A stretch of DNA of 45,016 bases, from the IMG/VR virus record IMGVR_UViG_3300037424_002632, positions 1 to 45,016 of that record; one strand, written 5' to 3'. The number at the start of each line of letters is the position of its first letter. The stretch's first letter is position 1. Position numbers and translations under genes: made by a program. This DNA is from a virus. Taxonomy: Duplodnaviria; Caudoviricetes. This document shows, piece by piece, positions 8,281-17,520 of the stretch. The notes below the pieces were generated by a model. It did not search any database. It was not told the DNA's origin and saw nothing but the letters and a program-made list of their open reading frames with translations.

Positions 8281-8811
8281 TTATTGCTTGTTGATCCGTT
8301 TGACCAGGCCCGCTTCCTCGGCCCGCTTGCCGGCCAGGAAGCTCTCGAAGTGGCCGCCGAATTCAGTCCACAGCTTCGGGTCCTTGTCCCATTCCGCCTT
8401 GGCCCGGGTCTCGATGGGGGCGTCGCCGCCCGGGTCGGTATGGCTCTCCACCTGCGGCGGGTCGCTCCCCACCGCCGGCGGGGCCTGGGATACCAGGGCC
8501 GCCAGGGCGTCGGCCTTGATCTGCTCCTGGTTGGCCAGGAAGGCCTTCAGGGCGTCCTTGACCTCCAGCCCCTTTTGCACCGCCTCGAAGATGAGGCCTT
8601 TGACGCCGGCGGCTTCCAGGATCTCCACCGCCCGCTCCCGCTCCAGCTTGATCCCGGCCTCACGGCCTTCGGCCCGGAGCTTGTCCGCAGCCTGGGGCTG
8701 ATCCTTCAAAATGGTTTCCAGCGTGACTTCCCCGGCGCCCGCGGCCTTGATCAGGGCGTAAAGTTCCGGGTTTCCCTCTGCCAACTGCGCCTGCGTGATA
8801 TTCTTGGGCAT
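8281..8811 (-). CDS. Nested in-frame scaffolding protein (lambda Nu3-like)
   Basis: Internal AAGGAGG-GGCC-ATG (MPKNITQAQL) right after the protease domain; helical charged C-terminal region. Confidence 0.7.
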   Translation of the reverse strand: MPKNITQAQLAEGNPELYALIKAAGAGEVTLETILKDQPQAADKLRAEGREAGIKLERERAVEILEAAGVKGLIFEAVQKGLEVKDALKAFLANQEQIKADALAALVSQAPPAVGSDPPQVESHTDPGGDAPIETRAKAEWDKDPKLWTEFGGHFESFLAGKRAEEAGLVKRINKQ

Positions 8812-9660
8812 GGCCCCTCCTTCCGCCCGGGCCAATGCCAGGGCATCGTCAAAATTGCCAATTTGATCAATGAGCCCTGCCTTCAGGGCCTTCTTCCCCA
8901 CAAAGATACGGCCGTCGGCCATGCGCTCATGCACCGTCTCCGGATCAGTCCCCCGGGCCGCGGCCACTCCCTCCACAAACAGGGCGTAATAATCGTCCAC
9001 CATGCCCTGAAGATATTCCTGGCCTTCCTTGGAGAGGGGCTTTTCATCGCTGGCGATCCGCTTGTATTTGCCGCCGGTGATCACGGTGCGCTTGACCCCC
9101 TCCATGGCGTCCGCCACCGAGTAATCATAATGCATCAGGGCCACGCCGATGGAGCCGACCTCGGCCGTGGCCGGGGCCACGATGGTATGAGCTCCGGCGC
9201 CGATCCAGTAGGCCGCTGAGGCCATGAGGCCGTTGGCATAGGTCACCACCGGCTTGCCCCCCTCCCGAGCCGCCAGGACCAGGTCGGCCAACTCCTTGGT
9301 GCCGTCCACCGACCCGCCCGGCGAATCCACGTCCAGCAGGATGGCCTGCACCCGGGGATCATTCTGGGCCTGCCTGAAGTCCCGGGCCAGCAGTTCGGTG
9401 CTGGTGCCGCCGGAAAAGCGGCTGAACATATTCATGCGCTTGTCCAGGATGCCATAGACCGGCAGGATGGCTACCCCGTCCCGGACCTCATAAGCGTCTT
9501 CTGCCTTACCCCCGGTCTTGGTGGCTGCGGCTGCCGGGAACTCCAGCTTGTCCCCCGCCAGGCGGCGCTCGATGAACAGGCCCAATTCCTCCAGCTTGCC
9601 GGGGTGCAGGGCCCAGGGGCGGTTTAAGATCGTCTTGCAAATCTGTTCATTGCGGGGCAT
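8281..9660 (-). CDS. Prohead protease, S49 (SppA-like) family, fused to scaffold region
   Basis: LDVDSPGG, MASAAYWI, VGSIGV, GKYK and GLIDQIG motifs. Confidence 0.93.
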   Translation of the reverse strand: MPRNEQICKTILNRPWALHPGKLEELGLFIERRLAGDKLEFPAAAATKTGGKAEDAYEVRDGVAILPVYGILDKRMNMFSRFSGGTSTELLARDFRQAQNDPRVQAILLDVDSPGGSVDGTKELADLVLAAREGGKPVVTYANGLMASAAYWIGAGAHTIVAPATAEVGSIGVALMHYDYSVADAMEGVKRTVITGGKYKRIASDEKPLSKEGQEYLQGMVDDYYALFVEGVAAARGTDPETVHERMADGRIFVGKKALKAGLIDQIGNFDDALALARAEGGAMPKNITQAQLAEGNPELYALIKAAGAGEVTLETILKDQPQAADKLRAEGREAGIKLERERAVEILEAAGVKGLIFEAVQKGLEVKDALKAFLANQEQIKADALAALVSQAPPAVGSDPPQVESHTDPGGDAPIETRAKAEWDKDPKLWTEFGGHFESFLAGKRAEEAGLVKRINKQ

Positions 9661-11167
9661 TGGGCTGCTCTCCTGTAGTTTCTTGGGGCACCACCACCTG
9701 CACCTGGGCCGCCAGCGGTTCCGGCAACCCCAGTTCTTTGCGGCGCTTCATCTCCCGGGCCTTTTGTTTCAGGACATCTTCCCAATCCCGGCCCTGGGAG
9801 GCGCACTGATCGGCCAGGGTGGCGTAGTTGTAGTCTTCCTCCAGCTTGGCGGCGACAATCTCCTTCACCGGGTCCACCCAGCCGCGGCCGGGGCCGATCC
9901 ACACTGCCCGGCAATATTCCGCCCGATTGGCGTAGAAGTCCCGGACCCGGAACAGCCCCCGCAAATAAGCCTCTTCCAGGACCAGCTCCCAGACCGGCTG
10001 GCAAAGTTTCCGGGTCAGCCAACTGCGCCAATAGAGAAAACCCCGCCAGGCCTCCAGCAGAGCGGCCCGGGCGGAGGAGTAATTGGTCTTGCTGAAATCT
10101 TTGAGCAGCAGCTCGTAGGGCAGGCCCAGGGCATTGCCGATGATGCGCAGGACTTTAGTTAGAAAAATGTCGAAGGTTTGGCCGTCCTTCTTGAAGTCGA
10201 TGATCTTGAGATCTTCGCCGATACCCAGGGTCGGGACCATCCCCGGCTCCAATTTGACTAGTTTCTTACCGGTGCCGGGGTCGGTGACGGTGGGAAAGGT
10301 GTTCATGGTGGGATCAGAGCGGATGATCACCGCCGACAGGCAGGCCGCCACCTTCTGGGCCACCACCTCGGCGTCCAGGGAATCGGCCATGTTCTTGAAA
10401 TATTTCAGTACCGGGGCAAAATGGGGCACCCCCCGGGCCTGGCCGGGCTGTTGGGTGGCGAAGATGTGCAGGATCAAGGGCCGGCCCTGGCCGTCCCGGG
10501 CCGGGATGCCGGAAAACTCGAAGCTGGGCAGCTCCATATCCCCCACATTCTTGTGGGCCTTGCGAATCCAATAGCGCCGCGGCTCCTGGCGTTCATCACC
10601 CAACTCGATGCCCTGAAAAATCCCCTGGCCGCGCTTGCCCAGGGGGGTGGCCAGGCGGTCCGCCGCCACCATCTCCAGGGCCCGGCCCAGGGGCCGGAAG
10701 CTGTCCTTAATCATCGGCAGGTTGATCAGGATCTCCCCGTCCTCGATGATCTTGCGCATGACCAGGGCCTGAACCTCAGCAAAGTCGAGGCGGCCGGCGG
10801 CGTCGGCCTGGGGCTGCCAGAGATCAAAGACCGCTTCGGCCTGAGCCTGCAATTCCTCGGCCGCATCCTCGGAGATCCCCAGCTTCTCGGCCCGCAGGCG
10901 GCTTTGAGGCTGCAAGCCGGGGCCGACCACGTTCACGGTGATGGTTTGGGGAATGGAGGCGGCAATGGGGTCATTCAGGGCCCGGTCCCGGGAGCGGTCC
11001 CGCAGGGTGTCCAGTTCCCAGGGCAGCGGGTTGGTTCCCAGAGAGGAAATCACCCAATCCATCATCAACCGGTTGGCCCGGGCGCCCTCGAAACGCGACC
11101 CGGATGAGGCTTGCGGCTGAAACGGCCGGCCCAGGTGGTCCACCAGTTGCCGGGGGTTGAGGGTCAT
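9647..11167 (-). CDS. Portal protein, lambda family
   Basis: LRDRSR, QARGVPHFAP, NYSSARAALLE and GWVDPVKE motifs. Confidence 0.95.
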   Translation of the reverse strand: MTLNPRQLVDHLGRPFQPQASSGSRFEGARANRLMMDWVISSLGTNPLPWELDTLRDRSRDRALNDPIAASIPQTITVNVVGPGLQPQSRLRAEKLGISEDAAEELQAQAEAVFDLWQPQADAAGRLDFAEVQALVMRKIIEDGEILINLPMIKDSFRPLGRALEMVAADRLATPLGKRGQGIFQGIELGDERQEPRRYWIRKAHKNVGDMELPSFEFSGIPARDGQGRPLILHIFATQQPGQARGVPHFAPVLKYFKNMADSLDAEVVAQKVAACLSAVIIRSDPTMNTFPTVTDPGTGKKLVKLEPGMVPTLGIGEDLKIIDFKKDGQTFDIFLTKVLRIIGNALGLPYELLLKDFSKTNYSSARAALLEAWRGFLYWRSWLTRKLCQPVWELVLEEAYLRGLFRVRDFYANRAEYCRAVWIGPGRGWVDPVKEIVAAKLEEDYNYATLADQCASQGRDWEDVLKQKAREMKRRKELGLPEPLAAQVQVVVPQETTGEQPNAPQ

Positions 11168-11406
11168 GTGGGCCCCTCGAACTGCACGAAGGCAGTGCTG
11201 CCGTCGGCTTCCCGGGCCTCCTGGCTCTTATACTCCGCCAGCCAGTATTGCCGCTCCTTGTACATGGCCAGGAGATCGCCCCGGGCCTCATGGGCGTTAG
11301 ACCCGGGGCCCCCGGAGGTATAGGCCTGTTTGGTTTCGGTCTTGGCGATCTGGCCGTCTAAGGCTTCGATCTTGGCTTTGATTTCGGCTAAGGAGTACAG
11401 CGCCAT
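11164..11406 (-). CDS. Head-tail joining protein (gpW-like)
   Basis: 80 aa helix-hairpin-helix pattern immediately before portal, ATGA overlap; start re-assigned to MALYSLAEI. Confidence 0.65.
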   Translation of the reverse strand: MALYSLAEIKAKIEALDGQIAKTETKQAYTSGGPGSNAHEARGDLLAMYKERQYWLAEYKSQEAREADGSTAFVQFEGPT

Positions 11407-11427
11407 GGGCACCCTTTGAAAAGCAAT

Positions 11428-11473
11428 AAAAAAACCGGATGTTCCTCTTCTGGGAGGATACACCCGGTTTTTT
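11428..11473 (-). terminator. Intrinsic terminator-like hairpin (potentially bidirectional)
   Basis: A7-CCGG..TCCTC-loop-GAGGA..CCGG-T6. Confidence 0.65.
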
Positions 11474-11523
11474 GCCGAAATACGTATATGGTCGTGAGAG
11501 GCTAGATTAGATACGCAAAACCA

Positions 11524-11772
11524 TCATCTTTTGCTCTTGACAGGTTTTTTGCGGGGGTTCCCGGTAAGGGTTGCGGGGTTGATCTCTGACAGGCCATTAC
11601 CGTTGATCTGACTCCGCCGCCAGGCGGTGATCAGTTCCGAATCCGATTCCCAGACCCCGTCGATTTTGCGGGCCGGGAACTCCCGTTCTCTGATCCAGCG
11701 CTCCACTATGGCCCAGGAACGGCCCAGAAAATTGCAGATATTTTTCTTGCCGGTGAGGCTAAAGGCCGTCAT
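11524..11772 (-). CDS. Small HTH DNA-binding protein (AlpA/Xis-like)
   Basis: GKKNICNFLGRSWAIVERWIREREFPARKIDGVWES; ATGA overlap with upstream gene; start re-assigned. Confidence 0.72.
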   Translation of the reverse strand: MTAFSLTGKKNICNFLGRSWAIVERWIREREFPARKIDGVWESDSELITAWRRSQINGNGLSEINPATLTGNPRKKPVKSKR

Positions 11773-12476
11773 GTCTGGGACCTCCGGTATTTGTCGTTGA
11801 TCGCCGCAGTTTTGTCTAAATAGGTTTGCAGAGAAATGGCTTCCACCAGGGCCTGGCCCTTCCATCGCAGGTCGGCGCCGCAATTGTCTTCCCCAATGAA
11901 GAACTTGGCGTAGCGCCCCGCCTGGCTCCGGAGATTCCAGACCAGGGACTCGCCCTCGATGCGGTGGTCCACCAGGGAGGGCATGGTGTACCACACCGGC
12001 CGGCCCTGGGTCAGATACCAATAGCCGATGCGCACGTCGTAATTGGGCATGTGGCAATTTTCATCCACCCAGGCCAGCATGGGGGCGATGTCGGCGGCGG
12101 GCAGCAACACCGCCGGGCCCCAGTTGAGGCGCTGCAAAATCATCCAGCGGACCCGGCGCCGGTCATTCAGGCACTTCTGAATCAGGGGATTCCAGTGCTT
12201 TTTGTTCCGGGCGAACAGGCTGATCGGTTGATCCGGCACGGCCTCGATCACCTTCGGCAGCGCCGCCAGCAGATCGCTGGAGAGGATAACGTCATCCTGG
12301 AGCACCAGGTGGTGGCTGGCAGCGGGGTCGTGGAGCTGCCAGGCCCGACGGCCGGTATCCCAGCGGTTGGAAATCTGATCCCAGGCCACCGGCACTTCCC
12401 GCCCCAGTTTCTCGAAGATGTAGGGAATGAAGTCTGCCCGGGACGGGTGGGCCATGATGGAGACGGAGACGCTCAT
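11769..12476 (-). CDS. Glycosyltransferase (GT-A-like)
   Basis: Start re-assigned to MSVSVSIMAHPSR (ATGA overlap); HLVLQDDV and PSLVDH motifs as in phage GT-A enzymes. Confidence 0.75.
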   Translation of the reverse strand: MSVSVSIMAHPSRADFIPYIFEKLGREVPVAWDQISNRWDTGRRAWQLHDPAASHHLVLQDDVILSSDLLAALPKVIEAVPDQPISLFARNKKHWNPLIQKCLNDRRRVRWMILQRLNWGPAVLLPAADIAPMLAWVDENCHMPNYDVRIGYWYLTQGRPVWYTMPSLVDHRIEGESLVWNLRSQAGRYAKFFIGEDNCGADLRWKGQALVEAISLQTYLDKTAAINDKYRRSQT

Positions 12477-12985
12477 TTCGCCCCCTTGATTTGATGAAAC
12501 CAGATGCCTTTGATCACCCCGATATCTCGGCCGAAGATTTCCTGCACCGCCCGCTGCACCCCGGGCCAGGATTTCTTGTAGTCGTGGCCGCAAATGAGCT
12601 TGCGGACCTTGGGCCGCCAGGCCAGAATATCGGCCCGAATCGCCTCGTAACTGTGGTCGGCGTCGATGAAGACCATATCCACCGTTCGGTCCAGGAACAT
12701 TTCGGCGGCCGCCAGGGACGGCAGTTTGATGACCACCAGGTTGGAAAATTCCCTGACATGGCGGAGAAAATCCTCCCAGGCTTCGGCCGGGTCGTGGCCC
12801 TGGATGACGGTCTGCCAGGTGTCCACCGCCGTCACCTGGCCGCGGCAGGCGCTCAGCAGGGCGTGGGTGGACCGGCCTTTCCAGGAGCCGACCTCCACGA
12901 TATTCTGCATCTGGCCGGCCATGTTGAACAGCCACTGCAGCTCTTCGGGCCGCATCCAACCTTGGATATCATTGCCTGGATACAT
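12473..12985 (-). CDS. Class I SAM-dependent O-methyltransferase (Methyltransf_24-like)
   Basis: VEVGSWKGRST, AVDTW, VFIDADHSYE and ICGHDY motifs. Confidence 0.9.
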   Translation of the reverse strand: MYPGNDIQGWMRPEELQWLFNMAGQMQNIVEVGSWKGRSTHALLSACRGQVTAVDTWQTVIQGHDPAEAWEDFLRHVREFSNLVVIKLPSLAAAEMFLDRTVDMVFIDADHSYEAIRADILAWRPKVRKLICGHDYKKSWPGVQRAVQEIFGRDIGVIKGIWFHQIKGAK

Positions 12986-12996
12986 GCTCTCCCCCC

Positions 12997-13650
12997 TTAA
13001 ATTGGTTCGTCTTGCCGCTCGATCTTGGTGTGGCAGTTGTCGCCGTGAATCACCAGGTCACAGTAGCCCTCGGGCACCGTCACCACCCGGGGGAAGGCCT
13101 CCCAGATGAGGCGATGGTTATAGTCGTAAATGTAATGGTAGTCGGATTTGTCGGGCTGGTAGAGGCTGAGAAACATGGAGCCGCGCCGGGCATGATAACG
13201 GGTGCTCATGCGGTAGCGGCGCAGGGTGGCAATATTCAGTTTGTAGGGCTGAAATGACACCACCAGGGGCGCTCCCGGCCCCGCCCGTTCCACCTCCTTG
13301 CGGATGCGGGCCACATAGTGCCGGCTGACCAGGTCGTCGGAATCGTGCCGGGTCTGGATATCCACCCGGGGGAGGTCCTCGCCGTCCCCCGCCAGGGCGG
13401 CCAGGGCCAGCAGGCCGATCTCGGCGTCTTCCCGCCGGGGTTGGTCCCGGAAGGTCCGTATCCGGGGGTCCAGGGCCTCCAGGCGCTCCCGGTGGGCCGG
13501 ATGGCACCGAATCCATATCTCGAAGTCCGGGCAGCTCTGCCGCTGGAGGCAAGGCAGGGCCATGGCCTCGAAGAAAGCCAGCCGCCAACCCGCCCGGGGG
13601 TCTTCCGGCTCGAAGAACAGGCGGATGATAATGGCGTGGGTCAGGGTCAT
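12997..13650 (-). CDS. Glycosyltransferase, putative rhamnosyltransferase-like
   Basis: RLAFFEAMALPCLQRQSCPDF and TRHDSDD (DxD) motifs, VIHGDN near the C-terminus. Confidence 0.75.
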   Translation of the reverse strand: MTLTHAIIIRLFFEPEDPRAGWRLAFFEAMALPCLQRQSCPDFEIWIRCHPAHRERLEALDPRIRTFRDQPRREDAEIGLLALAALAGDGEDLPRVDIQTRHDSDDLVSRHYVARIRKEVERAGPGAPLVVSFQPYKLNIATLRRYRMSTRYHARRGSMFLSLYQPDKSDYHYIYDYNHRLIWEAFPRVVTVPEGYCDLVIHGDNCHTKIERQDEPI

Positions 13651-13970
13651 TGAAGCCTGCCCTCAAACAAGGCCGCCACCCCGCGGCGCACTACACTTTC
13701 ATAAATCCAGGCGTCATGTGCAATGACCAACTTGGTAAGTTCATCTGAAATAAACCTCGACGACTCTGAGGCAAGCTCCTTAACCGCTTTTTGAAACCCA
13801 GGGCTGCATATCGAATCACTCTTAAACCTGGTCCTGATTTCAATCATTCTCAAAAGCCCCATGGTGGTTACCAGGGCGTCTTTAACGGTCTGGTGAAATT
13901 GTGATAGTGGGATGGTGATTTCTCCGACGACGATATTGCGGATTGCTGGATCAATTATTTTTTCTTTCAT
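13647..13970 (-). CDS. Hypothetical protein
   Basis: ATGA overlaps on both sides; lower GC than neighbours. Confidence 0.7.
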   Translation of the reverse strand: MKEKIIDPAIRNIVVGEITIPLSQFHQTVKDALVTTMGLLRMIEIRTRFKSDSICSPGFQKAVKELASESSRFISDELTKLVIAHDAWIYESVVRRGVAALFEGRLQ

Positions 13971-14701
13971 GTTTCGCCCTCATATTTCGACGGTTCAGGA
14001 TAAAGGCTCTCCAAAATCTCCCACACCAACCGGGGAATATAATTCCCGGTGGACCAGCAGGGCCGTTCCCGTAATCTTTCCACCCAACCGTCCAGGCGGC
14101 CACCGGTCCTAACTGTCATCTTGCAATCAGGCAAATGAACCCCCGCCGCGGCGATCTCCGGCACGGAATTGCCATAAACGCTCTTCATCACCACCCCGGG
14201 TCCCTCCAGGTCCGCCCAATCCCAAGCGTCGAAGACCTCCAAAAACGGTCCCTGGTGGATCAAGATGGGTGTGTGAACGTCATAATCCAGGGTGGGCAGC
14301 CCCCGGGCCGTCAGGAGGTTCCGGGTGTTGGCCAGGCGCCGGGGGTATTCCCGGCTGGCAAACGGCGCCTTGAGCTCCCCCCGATGATAGTAAGGGAACT
14401 CCCCAGCCCGGCAGTCCTGGGAAAAGAAATGGTCATCATTGACGAAGAGAAACGGATCGCTGATCGCCGCATTCTTACAGGTGATCCGCATCTTGCGGAT
14501 AATGTTGGCATCCTTGTTGTGATCATAAGGATCGCACTCGGGTATCTGCACCAGACCCCGGCAGGGCCAGGCGATCGCCGCCCCCACCACGAAGACCCGC
14601 CCCACCCCGGCGAGGTGCTTTTCCAGGCTCCGCAGGGAATAGCGCAGCTCCTGGTGCTGGTAGAACTTATCCGGAGTCAGGAAATAAACCACGTCAGTCA
14701 A
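13967..14701 (-). CDS. Stealth-like sugar-phosphotransferase / glycosyltransferase
   Basis: DVVY, ELRYSLRSLEKH, FLFVNDDHFF and HTPILI motifs match Stealth conserved regions. Confidence 0.75.
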   Translation of the reverse strand: MTDVVYFLTPDKFYQHQELRYSLRSLEKHLAGVGRVFVVGAAIAWPCRGLVQIPECDPYDHNKDANIIRKMRITCKNAAISDPFLFVNDDHFFSQDCRAGEFPYYHRGELKAPFASREYPRRLANTRNLLTARGLPTLDYDVHTPILIHQGPFLEVFDAWDWADLEGPGVVMKSVYGNSVPEIAAAGVHLPDCKMTVRTGGRLDGWVERLRERPCWSTGNYIPRLVWEILESLYPEPSKYEGET

Positions 14702-14704
14702 GGC

Positions 14705-16642
14705 TCAACTCCTCAGCCAATCGCCTTCGGACCGGCCGGTGAAGGGATTTAACGGCTCGCTATCCATCGCACTGGCGGCCGGGCTTGCGGCCTGGGGCCG
14801 CGGCAGTAGCCAGACATTTAAGGCCTCTGCTGCTCCGGCCGCCATGACCTCGCAGTCCAGTAGGTGGTTGTCCCTTTGATATTGCACTGTCCAGGCCAGG
14901 TGCCCTTTTGTATTGCGCTCCTTTACCTCAGCCGACAGGTGCGCGGCGTACAATAAATCGTGCGCCTCGATCTCTTTCGCCGACGGGTCCTGGCCGCCGT
15001 CGAGATGGAATAGGCCGTTTTCAATACGCGCCCAGATAAAATCTTTCAAAGCGTTGGTATCCAATCGCCACAGCACCAAGCCCCCAGGCAAGGGCTTGCC
15101 GCTCGGGTAGCAATCGATATTGCTCCGGATTGCCAACCGCCCGCCGGTCAAAGGCTTGGAACTGCCCTTGGAGCCGAAGATCCGGCCCCGGCCGGATCGG
15201 CGCAGCCAGTTATAGACCTGCTCGGTCAGGTTGGCCTCGCCCTCTCCCATGAGGCCGCCGCCGGTATCAATCAACCCGGCCCAGATCCGATGCTCGATGC
15301 TGCCGGTTTCGGTGCGGTAAACATCCTCAAAGAGCCATTTCTCCAGCTCACCGAAGGACCCCACCCAGCCATGCCTGATCTTATGGGAGGCTCGCAGGCC
15401 GTCCTGAGTCAAAACCCAGGCCCGGATCACCACCCAAAAACCCCGCTTCTGGCTGTCGATGCCCGCGGTTAGGGCCAGGGTATCTTCCGGTACTACCAGT
15501 GCTGGCAGGTTGGTGCGCAATTCCAGAATAGCCGAGGCCGGACGGGACTGAACGATCTCTTTCCAGGGCTCCGCCAGCCACTGATTCACGAAGTTGCGGT
15601 GGTCGGCCGGGCTATCCTTGACGCTGAAATACTCCGCCGCCACATGCGACCAGGTCCTGGTCAAGAAGGGCGAATACAAGGCATTCCACCAAAAACCGAC
15701 GTGCGACACCGGCGCCGGCGGGTCCGTGGAACCGTCCCGGTCGATATGGCAATCCTCCGACACCCATTTCCCGGCCAACATCATGGCGCCTTTTTCCCGG
15801 TTGTCGATTTCTGCCAGGCAATATTTGCACTCATACACCGCCACTTGCCGATCAATAATATAATCTTTGCCGCGCTTCTCTTTCGGCCACTTCCCCCGTT
15901 CCTCGCCCCGGTGCTTTACCTGCCAAAAATCCAACACCTGGTAACCGCCGCACCGGGGGCAGGGTACCCAGAATTTCCTCCGGTCCGACTTTTGATACTC
16001 GGTATTTATATGGCCCTCGGGTATGGTTGGCCGGCTTAGGGTCACCACCTTGCGGTTCCAAAAAGTGGTGGTCCGGTCGATGGCCTGTTTTACTGTGCCG
16101 GGTTGATAGAGGTCGGTTTCATCCAGGATGAGATAGCGCGCCTCCACAAATTGCATATCCGCCTCACTGCCGGCTGTGGCAAAATTCAGATCCATCCGAT
16201 CCAAGGTTATGGTCTTCATACGCAGATCATCGGGGTTGCCGGTGAGATGTCCCGCCAACTCCTCACTCACCCGCAACATAGTGCGCAGCCGCCGGTTGGC
16301 CTTGTGTCCCAGTTCCAGGGTCGGCATTACCACCAGCGCCGGGGCAGGGTCCTCACAAATCGCATAACCCAGCATGTTATAAGAGCACTCGGTCTTCATG
16401 GACTGGACCGAGGCCATGATGGTGATGAATTCCACCCGGGGATCGGTAAATGAATCCATCACTCCCACGGCATAAGGCCCCAACCGGTTCGACCAGGCCC
16501 CGGAGATAGCCGCCGACTTCGGCAGGACGCGGTATTTCGCGGCCCACTGGCTCACCGTAATCGGCGAGGCTGGAGCCCAGGCCGCGCGCTCGGCGGCAGA
16601 CCAGGGGGATAAGAGCGGCATTATTTTATTCACTCCTGACAC
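14705..16642 (-). CDS. terL: Terminase large subunit, lambda gpA family
   Basis: ITVSQWA start, Walker A variant ASVQSMKTE, LILDETD Walker B, VPCPRCG, TAGIDSQ and NHLLDC nuclease motifs. Confidence 0.95.
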   Translation of the reverse strand: MSGVNKIMPLLSPWSAAERAAWAPASPITVSQWAAKYRVLPKSAAISGAWSNRLGPYAVGVMDSFTDPRVEFITIMASVQSMKTECSYNMLGYAICEDPAPALVVMPTLELGHKANRRLRTMLRVSEELAGHLTGNPDDLRMKTITLDRMDLNFATAGSEADMQFVEARYLILDETDLYQPGTVKQAIDRTTTFWNRKVVTLSRPTIPEGHINTEYQKSDRRKFWVPCPRCGGYQVLDFWQVKHRGEERGKWPKEKRGKDYIIDRQVAVYECKYCLAEIDNREKGAMMLAGKWVSEDCHIDRDGSTDPPAPVSHVGFWWNALYSPFLTRTWSHVAAEYFSVKDSPADHRNFVNQWLAEPWKEIVQSRPASAILELRTNLPALVVPEDTLALTAGIDSQKRGFWVVIRAWVLTQDGLRASHKIRHGWVGSFGELEKWLFEDVYRTETGSIEHRIWAGLIDTGGGLMGEGEANLTEQVYNWLRRSGRGRIFGSKGSSKPLTGGRLAIRSNIDCYPSGKPLPGGLVLWRLDTNALKDFIWARIENGLFHLDGGQDPSAKEIEAHDLLYAAHLSAEVKERNTKGHLAWTVQYQRDNHLLDCEVMAAGAAEALNVWLLPRPQAASPAASAMDSEPLNPFTGRSEGDWLRS

Positions 16643-17229
16643 TCCGGCTTTTCTTTTAAATCATCTATAAAAGCGAATTCCGCCACTTGCGCCATTTCTA
16701 AACCGGCGCTTGCCCCGCCGCCACCGACGTTTTCCGGCAATGGCCGGGCAAACTCCTCCTGCAGCTTCCAAACCCGGTCGGCGATGACCACCTCCATCTC
16801 CCGTTCGTTACCGCAGGTAGCCAGAAGCGGCGGCAAGGACCGGGATAAACTCGCCAGACCCTGGCGCACCGTCATAATCCGGTCCACAAACAGCTGCTCC
16901 ACCACCCGGAGCTCCACCAGTTCGCCCCGGCGCTGGCGCACCTCCATCTCTTTCAGGTCGGCCTGGGCCCGTTTCAGCCGTTCCTCCTGAAAGTCCTTCC
17001 CCCGGGATACCGGCAACTCGGGCTGGCGGGGATCACGTCCCGCCGGCGCCGCCGGCTCCCTGCCGTCCTTGGCATCCAACCAGGCTCGAATTTGCAGAAG
17101 ATCAAAGCGCCGGCCGGACAGTTTAGGGAAAGTCGGGGCTTTGCACCACCGCTGGACGGTCCGCCGGCTCACCCCAAAATGGAGCGCCACCTGCACCGTT
17201 CCCCGAACTATCGTGTCCTCATGCGCCAT
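16630..17229 (-). CDS. terS: Terminase small subunit (Nu1-like)
   Basis: N-terminal HTH VALHFGVSRRTVQRW, coiled coil ending RRGELVE, overlaps terL. Confidence 0.88.
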   Translation of the reverse strand: MAHEDTIVRGTVQVALHFGVSRRTVQRWCKAPTFPKLSGRRFDLLQIRAWLDAKDGREPAAPAGRDPRQPELPVSRGKDFQEERLKRAQADLKEMEVRQRRGELVELRVVEQLFVDRIMTVRQGLASLSRSLPPLLATCGNEREMEVVIADRVWKLQEEFARPLPENVGGGGASAGLEMAQVAEFAFIDDLKEKPECQE

Positions 17230-17284
17230 GTCGTTTTTGTCCTATTTCAACCCAAACCGCCATTTGGCGACATGCAAAAAAACC

Positions 17285-17347
17285 TTCATAAGTAAAAAAC
17301 CCCAGCGACTTCGGACCCTTATTACTTTTGGGTCCGGGAAGGACCCG
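17285..17347 (-). other. Candidate cos packaging site
   Basis: Upstream of terS; CGGGTCCTT.CCGG contains the lambda cosQ heptamer GGGTCCT (17340..17346), followed by TCGC.GGG.TTTT..TA.TTATGAA resembling the lambda left end as recalled. Confidence 0.65.
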
Positions 17348-17348
17348 C

Positions 17349-17489
17349 TTACACTTGCATTCCTTCCACCAGGTCGGCAATCAGGGCCTGCTTCTCTATC
17401 TGGTGCCAGACGTAGGCATTGTAAGTGAACGGTGAGAAGAGGACCAAACCCAGTAATCCAACCATGATCCACGAATATACAATTTTCAT
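17349..17489 (-). CDS. Small membrane protein
   Basis: GGAGG RBS, 46 aa with N-terminal hydrophobic helix. Confidence 0.55.
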   Translation of the reverse strand: MKIVYSWIMVGLLGLVLFSPFTYNAYVWHQIEKQALIADLVEGMQV

Positions 17490-17520
17490 AACATCCAGCC
17501 TCCCGAACTTATTTGTAAAG

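Noticed and set aside
11769-12959. 396-aa ORF suggesting a methyltransferase-glycosyltransferase fusion or long overlap
   Set aside because: The first 161 codons are an off-frame shadow of the methyltransferase; the ATG at 12476 has an RBS and ATGA coupling.
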